Below are positions 52,840 to 62,023 of a stretch of DNA of 64,000 bases, in pieces (position 1 is the first letter of the stretch; each line of letters opens with the position of its first letter). Source of the DNA: a virus (Duplodnaviria; Heunggongvirae; Uroviricota; Caudoviricetes); the IMG/VR virus record IMGVR_UViG_3300021400_000141, positions 128,001 through 192,000 of that record. One strand, 5' to 3'. The notes under the pieces are model-generated. The model was not told the origin of the DNA and did not search any database. It saw nothing but the letters and a program-made list of their open reading frames with translations. The position numbers and the translations under genes are program-made.

Positions 52840-53744
52840 ACAATCACCCCGACTACTCCGAGTGCAATAGCAATAATTGTCAAGGCAAGGAGAACATATT
52901 CCATCGGGAACTTTTTCTGCTCGTTCAACGTTTCAAGAGAGCGAACCCTTTCCTGCAACGATATCTGTGCACCGATTACCTGCTGGTCCTGCTTTATCAA
53001 CATGTTCAACTTGTCCGTTATGGCCTTCTGGTTGTTGGCATAAATTCCAACAATATCATACAGTCCATCAACATTGTTCGCTAAGTCGTAAACAGCCTTG
53101 TTGACACTTTCCTCGTCCAAGTCATCCATGCCGTAATCTCCGTTCGAAAACACAGATGCGAGCATGTTATCAACGTCGGCTTCTTCCTTCGGTGTCAGTA
53201 TGGACGCAGGCTTCTTGCATGGAGGTGCATCCATTTCTTCAAGCGGAGTAATCGGCAACTTGCTGTTGGGAATTGCCGTAAAGTGTTTCACGATATAACC
53301 ATCCCTCTTTTCAATCTTTGTCGTTGCGAAGCTCTTTGGGCCAATAGGTATGAACTTGATGCCGTCGTGCTTTCCTGGAACGGTATAGAGTATCATGTTC
53401 GTCACGACACCCTCACTCAGGAAGGCCATCGCAGTTTGGTTTCCGCCCATGATGTAAACAGGCTTGTCAATCCGCTTTGCCAACGTCAAGGCGGTAAACA
53501 CATTGGTGGTGTACGACGTGTGTTTTAACCGTGTAGTCAATGACTTGGAAAACAGGATGCGTGAAGCAACACGGGTCTTGCGGAAACTCTTTAACTCATT
53601 GTAAGCATTGCGGCCCATGATAATCGTGTTCCCCTTGACAAGTTTTTCCATGTCCTTGTGAATAGCTTCGCAATCCCAAGGTATCGATGTCCCGTCTCCT
53701 ATCGTCCCATTCTCATCAATCGTCAGCAGAAGTGTAATATCCAT
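52836..53744 (-). CDS. dihydrofolate reductase-like domain fused to coiled coil and C-terminal TM helix
   Basis: ENGTIG...IPW, IIMGRNAY, YIMGG; C-terminal YVLLALTIIAIALGVVGVIV. Confidence 0.75.
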   Translation of the reverse strand: MDITLLLTIDENGTIGDGTSIPWDCEAIHKDMEKLVKGNTIIMGRNAYNELKSFRKTRVASRILFSKSLTTRLKHTSYTTNVFTALTLAKRIDKPVYIMGGNQTAMAFLSEGVVTNMILYTVPGKHDGIKFIPIGPKSFATTKIEKRDGYIVKHFTAIPNSKLPITPLEEMDAPPCKKPASILTPKEEADVDNMLASVFSNGDYGMDDLDEESVNKAVYDLANNVDGLYDIVGIYANNQKAITDKLNMLIKQDQQVIGAQISLQERVRSLETLNEQKKFPMEYVLLALTIIAIALGVVGVIV

Positions 53745-53770
53745 ATCGAATAGTCGTTTAATCTTGTAAT

Positions 53771-53784
53771 TAAATTACATTTTT
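53771..53784 (-). promoter_or_regulatory. AAAAATGTAATTTA motif (putative middle promoter)
   Basis: About 27 nt upstream of the DHFR-like gene. Confidence 0.6.
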
Positions 53785-53788
53785 TCGA

Positions 53789-55177
53789 CTAATTTAGGAT
53801 ATGGAGGTTCTTTGCCGCACGGGTAAATGCGGTATATTTCAGCTTATTCCTTTGGAGAATGTCCCAGTCACAGATGTTGATATCCTTCTCGACGACATAG
53901 ACATTGTCGATAGTGGAACCCTGAGCCTTATGAATAGTCATCGCATAGCTGTAATTGACATAGCAGAACGAGTTGATGAAGTCGTAGTATTCCTGCCACA
54001 CCTCATGCCTGTTATGTACAGGACGCCCTGTAATAGGGTCAACCTCGGCACACAGTGTTTTTGCCTTGCCAATGAGCTGTCGCTTCAATGCTATGTAAGT
54101 AGGAAGTCCCTCGGCAGCAACAACCTTGATGTGACGAAGTTCCCTCTTGTTCGACGGGGCCAGGTAGTTATCCACAAGCAGGCTCCAACAAACGATGTTG
54201 GTTTCCTGTTCTGTATACTTTTCGGCTTCAACCACTTCCAATCGTTCACCGTTAGCATATACCTGTAGAGTCTTGTCCCCAGCCAACGGAATGCTGTATC
54301 CTTCCGTAACAATCAAGTCATCCCCTGGCGTATATTCTTCCACTTCGTTGCCAAAGATATGACGCCTGATGAAGCAGTTAGACTTGTCTACGGCATTGTT
54401 GGTGTACGCAAGGAGACGGCAGAAGTTCTTGTTGTCCTTATATTCCTCGGACATGAAATCGGCGAAAAGGTTCTCAAAGAAAGGTTTCTTCGCCGTATAG
54501 AAACGGACACCCTCTCCACGTTCGTTCACACGGTCAACATGCTCGAAGCAGTCTTCTGGACGGAACATGTTCCTGGGGTCACGGATTGGAGTAACAAGGT
54601 CGATGATGGGATTGTCCTCAGACACACGCATGACCTTGGTCAGCCTGAATATGTTAGGAACACAGGAGAAAACTACCGAGGATGCAAAATTAACTGGAGG
54701 GAGCTGGGCTTCATCGCCAACATAGAGGATTTTCATCTGGGGAAAATCACGCAGAACACTCTGAATCATTGCATAGCAGTCGTCATTAATCATCGACGCT
54801 TCATCGATGACTATGAGACGATACTTACGAGCGTGGCAGACACCATCTCGCACAAGAATCTTACCTTTGTCTTCGTTCTGTTCAAGTTTGAGCCCGAGCA
54901 GACCGCTGATGGTCTTGTCGTAATTCTTGCCACTTCTCTGGGAAAGGACACGCACCGCCTCATTGGTGTAAGCGGTGCAGTATACCTTGATTTTCTTGAA
55001 TTCTTTGGAAAGTTCCTTCAAGAATACGTGAAGGAGGGAGGTCTTTCCAGTACCTGCTGCACCAGTAAGTACCATTTCCCTCTGCGAAGCATCACGCATG
55101 AAGGTAAGCATTTCAGCCAACCCCTTGCGCTGGTCGGGGCTGAGCTGTTTCTTTGTAATTAGATTTGAGCGACTCAT
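53789..55177 (-). CDS. dda: Dda/RecD-like SF1B DNA helicase
   Basis: GAAGTGKT, IDEASM, GDEAQLPPV, YAMTIHKAQGST, YTAFTRA. Confidence 0.92.
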   Translation of the reverse strand: MSRSNLITKKQLSPDQRKGLAEMLTFMRDASQREMVLTGAAGTGKTSLLHVFLKELSKEFKKIKVYCTAYTNEAVRVLSQRSGKNYDKTISGLLGLKLEQNEDKGKILVRDGVCHARKYRLIVIDEASMINDDCYAMIQSVLRDFPQMKILYVGDEAQLPPVNFASSVVFSCVPNIFRLTKVMRVSEDNPIIDLVTPIRDPRNMFRPEDCFEHVDRVNERGEGVRFYTAKKPFFENLFADFMSEEYKDNKNFCRLLAYTNNAVDKSNCFIRRHIFGNEVEEYTPGDDLIVTEGYSIPLAGDKTLQVYANGERLEVVEAEKYTEQETNIVCWSLLVDNYLAPSNKRELRHIKVVAAEGLPTYIALKRQLIGKAKTLCAEVDPITGRPVHNRHEVWQEYYDFINSFCYVNYSYAMTIHKAQGSTIDNVYVVEKDINICDWDILQRNKLKYTAFTRAAKNLHILN

Positions 55178-55184
55178 GCCGTTA

Positions 55185-55213
55185 AATATAGTTATTTAGT
55201 CGGCGAATGTCAA
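55185..55213 (-). promoter_or_regulatory. sigma70-type promoter (leaderless dda)
   Basis: TTGACA-17nt-TATATT; ATG 7 nt downstream. Confidence 0.8.
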
Positions 55214-55217
55214 CATA

Positions 55218-56306
55218 CTAATATACTGTTTGCATGAACTGGGTGGCGTCAATTGCTTGTTGCACACTGTCATAAACCCGTGCATCCGTATTCATGGTCT
55301 GGTGGTTGTACTTGACTTGACGCCAGATTTCCTCAATACGGTCTTCACGCTCCTTGGCGTTGTAAGCCTTCATGTTGATGCCAATTCGGCTTCTTGGCGG
55401 GGGTGGAAGTTCACGTAGCTTAACAAGGCACTTCAAAGCGTGTTCAAGCTTGTTTACCTTGACATTGTAAACGTAGCGATAATAGAAGCTTTCCGCACGT
55501 TGCGGGATATTCTCTATCATTTCCATCGTCAATTCATCGGCAAACGCAAACTGGCCTTTCTTCAAAGCATCGGCAACCACATAGTCTGCGGCGGCAATCG
55601 TCTCGTCAAACTCCCAGTAAGGGAATTCGTTTAGACAGATTTCATACCACAGCCTAGCCATTTCTGGGTTCTTCGTGTCCTTGTAGCTGGTCGCAATGTA
55701 GTATGCAGTACGGAGGGAATGCCCCTTCTTCCACAACTTAATCAGGGCCTTCAAGTTACGGGCGACATCACGCTGCTTCTTGAAGTTGATGAACTCGTTC
55801 TTGAAAGTGATTACCTTTCTGGGTTCAGCCGTGTCTATAACATACTCGTGAATCGGGTTGATAAACCGAGATGTTTCCTTACGGACAATCCTGACACGAG
55901 GGAACTTCAATTTACTGGTAATCCTAGTGTACATGACAATGTCCGAAGTCGAGTACATCGTGCTAGCCTTATCGAACTTTGCCCTTACGTCACGGGCGTT
56001 ATCGAGCATGTCGTTAACGTCAACCCACATAACGTATTCCTTAGTGGCAAGCGAGAAGCCGTAGTTCTTAGCCTTTCCGAAGTCGAAGTTTCCTTCATCG
56101 TCAAGAAACAGTGTGCCGACTGCATCAATGATGACAGGCTGGCGCACCATCTTTTGGAACTTTCTGGCTTCTTCAAGCGTCTTGTCGGTAGAACCTGTAT
56201 CGACGATAACAAATTCATCGGCAAGTCCTACAAGCCGTCGCAAACATTCCTGAATTCTACTCTCACCGTTCCTGACAACCAGGACTGCTGACAGTTCATG
56301 TCTCAT
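55218..56306 (-). CDS. GT2 glycosyltransferase with TPR-like C-terminus (SunS-like architecture)
   Basis: VVRNGE, VDTGSTDKT, FDFGKAKN, WVDVND, PIHE; helical repeats at the C-terminus. Confidence 0.85.
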   Translation of the reverse strand: MRHELSAVLVVRNGESRIQECLRRLVGLADEFVIVDTGSTDKTLEEARKFQKMVRQPVIIDAVGTLFLDDEGNFDFGKAKNYGFSLATKEYVMWVDVNDMLDNARDVRAKFDKASTMYSTSDIVMYTRITSKLKFPRVRIVRKETSRFINPIHEYVIDTAEPRKVITFKNEFINFKKQRDVARNLKALIKLWKKGHSLRTAYYIATSYKDTKNPEMARLWYEICLNEFPYWEFDETIAAADYVVADALKKGQFAFADELTMEMIENIPQRAESFYYRYVYNVKVNKLEHALKCLVKLRELPPPPRSRIGINMKAYNAKEREDRIEEIWRQVKYNHQTMNTDARVYDSVQQAIDATQFMQTVY

Positions 56307-56309
56307 ATA

Positions 56310-56975
56310 TTACCCATTCGTGTAATCGTCGTCGTTCAGTTGCTTTGCCAAGTCATCGACAGGCATTGAAGCGAAATCTTCCTCATCGGGCGTTACACCC
56401 ATTTCGGCCTTTTCCTTTTCAAGCTTTTCCTCCTCGTCAATCTTCTTGTTTGCATCAATAGCGAACTCGTCGATGGATGAGTAGTTGTTCATCGTTCCTT
56501 CGTTCAGGGCGACAAACTTGATTTTCTTGCTACGGGCAACCAGTTTGTTATGAGCCTGAATAAACGCACAGAACGTGATTTTTGCGAGGTAGTAATACGG
56601 GTCAACGTTCTTTGTCGTCTGCATCTTGACAGGGTCGAAGTTGTGGCTATGCTTGATAAGAAGTTCGATGGCACGGTCACGCATCTCCTGTTTCCAGTCG
56701 GGGGTGTAGCCACGCCACTTCTGGTTTCCTAGGTTCTTATCGATAACAACGTTAAACACATAACCGAGTGCCTCTGACACGGGATAGTCCGTTCCGTACT
56801 TCTTTCGCATGTCTTTCAGCTCAACAAGCAACTTGGTCAGAATTTCCTTGTCAATCTTGCCGCTTCTCATGCGGGCATCAAAAGCCTTCAACTGGTCTAT
56901 TGTCCAGGAATAGCCGCTCTCGGGTATTTCAAAGTCAAGCGTGATTTCCGCATTGGTCGGTTCTACTTTTTCCAT
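56310..56975 (-). CDS. gp55: late-transcription sigma factor, T4 gp55-like
   Basis: WRGYTPDWKQEMRDRAIE...HNFDP...DPYYYLAKITFCAFIQ matches gp55 FSGYTQSWKQEM..HNFD..NPHAYITQACFNAFVQ. Confidence 0.9.
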   Translation of the reverse strand: MEKVEPTNAEITLDFEIPESGYSWTIDQLKAFDARMRSGKIDKEILTKLLVELKDMRKKYGTDYPVSEALGYVFNVVIDKNLGNQKWRGYTPDWKQEMRDRAIELLIKHSHNFDPVKMQTTKNVDPYYYLAKITFCAFIQAHNKLVARSKKIKFVALNEGTMNNYSSIDEFAIDANKKIDEEEKLEKEKAEMGVTPDEEDFASMPVDDLAKQLNDDDYTNG

Positions 56976-57003
56976 ACTTTACTCATGGATTGAAACTCAT
57001 AAG

Positions 57004-57016
57004 TAAAATACATTTT
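57004..57016 (-). promoter_or_regulatory. AAAATGTATTTTA motif (putative middle promoter of gp55)
   Basis: About 29 nt upstream of gp55. Confidence 0.6.
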
Positions 57017-57020
57017 ATCG

Positions 57021-57052
57021 AAAAAGTCCCGCCATATTTCTATGACGGGACT
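57021..57052 (-). terminator. intrinsic terminator
   Basis: AGTCCCGTCATA-GAAA-TATGGCGGGACT plus T-tract on the minus strand. Confidence 0.8.
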
Positions 57053-57070
57053 CAATCGGGGAGAAAAAAG

Positions 57071-57583
57071 CTATGCTTCAATGTACTTCTCTTGGTCATC
57101 CTTCGGGATTAGCTTCAAAGCCTCCCTGCTAGGAAGATTGGCAAGTGTACGCCGAATCTTTTCGAACTTTCTACTTTCAATGTCCTTGTACTGCGGATAC
57201 CAGCGTTTCTTGCTACCAAGCTTCTTTCGGTAGAACTGGTGAAGCACGTTGATATAGCAAAATAGAGGGAACATCGCCTTTTCGGCTTCCTTAATGGAGT
57301 CGAACTCGACCTGAGGGAATGTCTTAGCCAAAGCGTTGACTGCGTTATCCGTCAAAATCAGGTACTTGTACTTCCACGGGTAGGAAAACACATCGTTCTC
57401 GAAATCAACACCACGCATGCTGAACTTACCATACTGGTTCACCCGAAGAACGGCTGTGCTGAACTCCGAAAAGTTCATATAGAATCCGCCAGGGAAATTG
57501 TGGTCGTCCACAATCTCGACCGTGATACCAGCCTTTGACTGCAGTTCCTTGGCCAGATTATCGAGGAAATCCTTGATATTCAT
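57071..57583 (-). CDS. hypothetical protein
   Basis: Operon-packed ORF. Confidence 0.7.
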   Translation of the reverse strand: MNIKDFLDNLAKELQSKAGITVEIVDDHNFPGGFYMNFSEFSTAVLRVNQYGKFSMRGVDFENDVFSYPWKYKYLILTDNAVNALAKTFPQVEFDSIKEAEKAMFPLFCYINVLHQFYRKKLGSKKRWYPQYKDIESRKFEKIRRTLANLPSREALKLIPKDDQEKYIEA

Positions 57584-57591
57584 GAGGCCAC

Positions 57592-58146
57592 CTACTTCAA
57601 TTCATACGGGACGACTTCGGAAAGATTGTCGCTTTCCTTGGGCGGAATAAACATCGGGAAGAGAGCGTTGAAGATATACATTGCTGAATCACCAACGATT
57701 TCGGGGCACTGCTCAGCAGGAACCATTGCAATGTCAATCTCAATCTTTTCCATCATGAACTGACCAAGCTCGGCATCGTTATCCCTTTGACGTTCAAGAG
57801 CTTCCTTATAACGGTCGGCAAGGTCGGTCTGCAACTTGGTGAACTCTGCGTTCTTTTCAGGCGGGAGCCTTCCGATAGCGTCCTCGAATTCCCTGATGTT
57901 GGAGAGAGGAGGAAGGTTGAACTTGGCGGCAATGTCGCTGAGTTCCTTGGTGTACTTCAAGTATTCATCGTCAGGCTTGAATGCGTCGAGCATGCTGGAA
58001 ACTTCCTTGTCGGTAGTTTCTAGGTTCTTGTGCATAGCGTACCTGAATGTGCTGCTGATACGACCAGTGAATAACTTTTCACCCATAGCCCTCTTGAAGG
58101 CCTGGTTCATGTCAAAAATAGCTTGATGACTCAGTAATCTTTTCAT
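57592..58146 (-). CDS. hypothetical protein
   Basis: Helical 184-aa ORF. Confidence 0.7.
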   Translation of the reverse strand: MKRLLSHQAIFDMNQAFKRAMGEKLFTGRISSTFRYAMHKNLETTDKEVSSMLDAFKPDDEYLKYTKELSDIAAKFNLPPLSNIREFEDAIGRLPPEKNAEFTKLQTDLADRYKEALERQRDNDAELGQFMMEKIEIDIAMVPAEQCPEIVGDSAMYIFNALFPMFIPPKESDNLSEVVPYELK

Positions 58147-58176
58147 GTGAGTACCGTGTTGATGTTTCTGCTTATA

Positions 58177-58188
58177 TAATATACATTT
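58177..58188 (-). promoter_or_regulatory. AAATGTATATTA motif (putative middle promoter)
   Basis: About 31 nt upstream of the start; overlaps the gp46 stop. Confidence 0.5.
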
Positions 58189-60418
58189 ATTTCAACTTAT
58201 TACATTCTCCAATAATGGAGAATAAACCGTTATTCTCAATATCCAGCTTGTAATCGAATAGGTCTTGGATAATTGCTTCACGGTGTGTGACGGCGAAAAT
58301 CGTAGGGGTCTGCTTTGCTCTCGTGCGGACAAGCTCCACCATTTCCCTGAGGGACACATCGTCGGTCGAAACGTCCAAGATTTCGTCAAGGAACAGGCAG
58401 TTAATCTTGAAATTTGCCACTCGGAAGACGAAGTCGCAGAACGCCATGGCGATAGCGAACGTAACCTTACGCTTCTGACCCTGCGAAAGCATTTCGTAGC
58501 AAGGGGCCGCACCATATACGGACTCGAACGTGTATTCCATGCTCTTGTCGAACACGATGTGGTACGGAAGATTGAAACGACGAAGATTGCTTTCGATTGC
58601 CTGGTTGAAGAACGGCACGAACATCTTGATGACGTAAGATTTCAAACCGTCGTCCGAGCACATATAGGAAATGTACTTGCAAATAGCAATCTTGTCGGAG
58701 AAATTCGTGATTGATGCCATCACACCGTCCAATTCATTTTGTAGCTCAACGAGATGGGCTTCGGAGTCCTTCAATGCCTTGTCATCGGTACTGGTTTCTT
58801 CCTTCTGGATTGTAGCCCTCAACATGGCAATCTGGGACGTATTCTCCTGCAATGCGGTAGATGCCTTGTAATACTTTTCCCGTGCATCATTCGATTCAGT
58901 GACTGCCGAAGCATTTGCATTAATACAGTTAGTTAAATCACCCTGCTTTTTAGTCAGTTCACTGATTTCGTTCTGAATCTTCTGAATGTCGTTGCCGAAT
59001 TTGTAAGCGCTAGCAGTCAGGTTGTTGAGTCTGGCGTTAGCAGATGCCAACTGACCGTTGGCCGGGCCCCACACCTCGCTCATGAACTTGTTGTATTTCT
59101 GAATGGTGGCATTAAGGGCTTCAATCTGCTTGTCAACAGCATCGTTATAAGCCTGCGTGGACAATTCAGCCAATTCTTTCTTCTTGGCTTCCGCTTCGTT
59201 GATAATAGCAACCTGTTCCGCCTTTAGTTTACGCCACTGGTTACGGAAAGCTTCCTTGACATGTTCCACGTCAGCTTCGGTAGACGGCTTGCCGCATGTC
59301 GGACAAGGAACACCTGGCTTTACAGCAGTTGCCTGTGCGGTAACTTCCTTCATCTTGGCGTCAAACGCCTGGATTTGTCTGTCGTACGAAACAATGGTAG
59401 CATTGAGGGTGTTAATCTTTCCAATCAAGTTGTTCTTGAACAGGGTCAGCTCACTCAACTTATCCTGAGTTTCCTTGATTTTAAACTCTTCCGAGCGCTT
59501 ATTGGCATTGTCGAACTGGCCAGTCAAAAATCCGACGTTTTGCTTTTCCTTCTCAATATCCCCAAAAAGATTGACACAGGATGACATCTCATTGATTTTA
59601 GCCATGACAGTTCTCAATTCAGCCTGAGCGTCGTTGTACACCTTCACACGACGTTCTACTTCGTCTTGAACCTTCTTTGCTCCCTCAGAAGCCACCAGCA
59701 ATTCAGGGGTCTTGCTTTCAAGTTCAGAAACCTGCTTCTTCAAGTCGTCTATCTGGGCATGCTTCTTAGCCTTCAAAGTTGCAATCATGCTGTTCGTATA
59801 GGTGATATCCGCCTTGATACGGTCAACCGAGTTCTTAGCAAGGTCAAACTGCATGTTGGAATCGCTAAGAACCTTGTTGTTGGCATTCTTCCACTTCTCG
59901 GTTGAAAGCGAGATAGTGTTTTCAATGAGCTTGCGTTTCTTGTCGGCAGGCATTTCAAGCAGAGGTATAGTCTCCTGACTATTCTGTGCTATCGTAGTCT
60001 GATACAGAAGGAGCGACGGGCCGAGTACTCGGTTCTCGAAATCCTGCTGCGACATTCCAGCACGTTTCAGCTGCTCCTTACCGTCAACCCAGATTGTAAA
60101 GGTAGTCTTGAGGCTCTTCGCCTTCATGCGGCGTTCGATATGGTATTCGTGTTTACCAGTACCAGTATCTACATCGAAATCGAGCGTCACTAGCATGTCG
60201 GCGTTCTTGTTTTCCGTATTTTTCAAGTCACTCTGGTTTCCACCACGGTAGGACTTACCGTAAAGGACATACGTCAGAGCCTCAACAATGGATGATTTTC
60301 CATACCCGTTCGGTGCGCTCAGGTAGATGAGGCCAGGATGGAACTCGACGACATTATCAATGTCGCCGTACGACATGAAATTTCTGAAAATAAGCTTTTT
60401 GAACGTAATCTCATGCAT
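58187..60418 (-). CDS. gp46: recombination ATPase, T4 gp46 / Rad50-SbcC-like
   Basis: RNFMSYG, APNGYGKSS, CPTCG Zn-hook, LSQGQK signature, FLDEILD, VTH. Confidence 0.93.
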   Translation of the reverse strand: MHEITFKKLIFRNFMSYGDIDNVVEFHPGLIYLSAPNGYGKSSIVEALTYVLYGKSYRGGNQSDLKNTENKNADMLVTLDFDVDTGTGKHEYHIERRMKAKSLKTTFTIWVDGKEQLKRAGMSQQDFENRVLGPSLLLYQTTIAQNSQETIPLLEMPADKKRKLIENTISLSTEKWKNANNKVLSDSNMQFDLAKNSVDRIKADITYTNSMIATLKAKKHAQIDDLKKQVSELESKTPELLVASEGAKKVQDEVERRVKVYNDAQAELRTVMAKINEMSSCVNLFGDIEKEKQNVGFLTGQFDNANKRSEEFKIKETQDKLSELTLFKNNLIGKINTLNATIVSYDRQIQAFDAKMKEVTAQATAVKPGVPCPTCGKPSTEADVEHVKEAFRNQWRKLKAEQVAIINEAEAKKKELAELSTQAYNDAVDKQIEALNATIQKYNKFMSEVWGPANGQLASANARLNNLTASAYKFGNDIQKIQNEISELTKKQGDLTNCINANASAVTESNDAREKYYKASTALQENTSQIAMLRATIQKEETSTDDKALKDSEAHLVELQNELDGVMASITNFSDKIAICKYISYMCSDDGLKSYVIKMFVPFFNQAIESNLRRFNLPYHIVFDKSMEYTFESVYGAAPCYEMLSQGQKRKVTFAIAMAFCDFVFRVANFKINCLFLDEILDVSTDDVSLREMVELVRTRAKQTPTIFAVTHREAIIQDLFDYKLDIENNGLFSIIGECNKLK

Positions 60419-60435
60419 AGGACGCTAGACCCAAA

Positions 60436-61017
60436 TTAGAAGTTAAATGTGATATCAAAGGTGTAACCCGAGGTGAGGTAATCAGCCTTCGGGAGAACCG
60501 CGTAGTAGCCAAGGCAAAGGTCAACCTTGCCGAGCATGTAAACTACGCCAGCATACGGGCCCCAAGAATTGTCCGTATCGACAGTAGAGCCTGCGTAAAC
60601 AATGAGGTCGGACAATAAAAGATAATCCAGTTCGGCTCCGAACTGGCTAACCTTCGTATCAGTATCAAATAGGTATTCACCACCAATGCTGAACTTACCA
60701 ATGTCCTTATAACCCTGTACAAACGGGCGAACACTACTTTCAGTCAATTCGACACCGACAGCGGCGACATCATAGATGTCCGTCCTGATAGACATGTTGG
60801 AAACCTGACCGTCATACAAGGCGGCAGCGATTTCGACGTTACCCTTGATGATGGCACGGACGTTTTCGTAATGGACGGCAGTTTCAGCCTCATGGTCGAA
60901 TGACACACCAGTACGAAACTGGGCTACCCCTCCAGTAGAGGGATTGAACCAGTCCCAACCCCCAGCAAATGCCATGGAGGTGCAGATAAAAGCGAGGATA
61001 AGAATGAGTTTTTTCAT
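60436..61017 (-). CDS. outer-membrane beta-barrel protein
   Basis: Sec signal MKKLILILAFICTSMAFA; alternating aromatic beta-strands; C-terminal YTFDITFNF (BAM-type terminal Phe). Confidence 0.75.
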   Translation of the reverse strand: MKKLILILAFICTSMAFAGGWDWFNPSTGGVAQFRTGVSFDHEAETAVHYENVRAIIKGNVEIAAALYDGQVSNMSIRTDIYDVAAVGVELTESSVRPFVQGYKDIGKFSIGGEYLFDTDTKVSQFGAELDYLLLSDLIVYAGSTVDTDNSWGPYAGVVYMLGKVDLCLGYYAVLPKADYLTSGYTFDITFNF

Positions 61018-61056
61018 GTTGATTTCCTTTTTTGTGGTTTGTGTATATATGCACAT

Positions 61057-61085
61057 AATATAGAAAATCAACAACAGGTTGTCAA
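61057..61085 (-). promoter_or_regulatory. sigma70-type promoter
   Basis: TTGACA-17nt-TATATT. Confidence 0.8.
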
Positions 61086-61087
61086 GC

Positions 61088-62023
61088 TCATTCCAGCAAA
61101 TTGATTGATTTGGTCAAAGTCCTTAACTTATTTTCGTTACAGATGATAGGACTCATGAAGACACGGGTGTTTCCAAACATGACATGTTTCCACGGAAAGG
61201 ATGACTGGGCGATTGGGAACGGCCTCAACGAGATGATAACATACGGGTTGTATGCATTCTCCTTGGCAAGGTCAAGAACCTGTATGTTCGGGGACAACTG
61301 GATGTTCACATAGGCCCCCTGTGCCGAAATGACCTTGGCGTAACCAGGGGTTCCATCACTGCGGAGTAGTATGGTCGGCTTGGACTTCGGCTTGGCGAAC
61401 GATGCGAACAAGGTCGTCGCCTGAGACTGGATTATTCTCAGATAGTTCTCCATGTTGAAATACCCTATCGGGAGTACACTCTTATCTATCAACCCAGCCA
61501 GAATATTCACATACCGCCTGATAAGGGGTTCATACATCTTTCCATTATCGTAATCTAATCTACTTAGAAGAACATTGATTGCTTCAACATCTCTTACCTG
61601 AGAGCTGGACAACATGATATGGTTTCCAGCGGCATCGGTTATCGTGTTCATCGTAGCGTAGTTGAGCGCACGGAACGGAGCGAGATACACTTTCTCACCA
61701 AGCTTGATACGGGCATTCTCAAAGAAGTTCAATCCGTCAAGGATGGTCTTGAACATATCCTTGGTCAAGTTTCCCCTGTGCTTGATGTCCAGTTTTACGG
61801 AATCGTTCATAACGTAGTACGACAGATTGCTGTAACCGTTTATGCGTACCGCTTTCACCTTGGTCCCATTCGCATTGGTGAACTCCATCGGTGAGGTTGT
61901 CACATAACTTGCCAACCCTGCTCCGCTTCCTAATCCCAATGCTTTTGCGACATTAAGGTAATCCTTTGATGCATCGGCAGTATAGATATACTGCGTGTTA
62001 TCGTTTTTTATCTGAACTATCAT
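61088..62023 (-). CDS. hypothetical protein
   Basis: ATGA-coupled to the gp25-fusion gene. Confidence 0.7.
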   Translation of the reverse strand: MIVQIKNDNTQYIYTADASKDYLNVAKALGLGSGAGLASYVTTSPMEFTNANGTKVKAVRINGYSNLSYYVMNDSVKLDIKHRGNLTKDMFKTILDGLNFFENARIKLGEKVYLAPFRALNYATMNTITDAAGNHIMLSSSQVRDVEAINVLLSRLDYDNGKMYEPLIRRYVNILAGLIDKSVLPIGYFNMENYLRIIQSQATTLFASFAKPKSKPTILLRSDGTPGYAKVISAQGAYVNIQLSPNIQVLDLAKENAYNPYVIISLRPFPIAQSSFPWKHVMFGNTRVFMSPIICNENKLRTLTKSINLLE

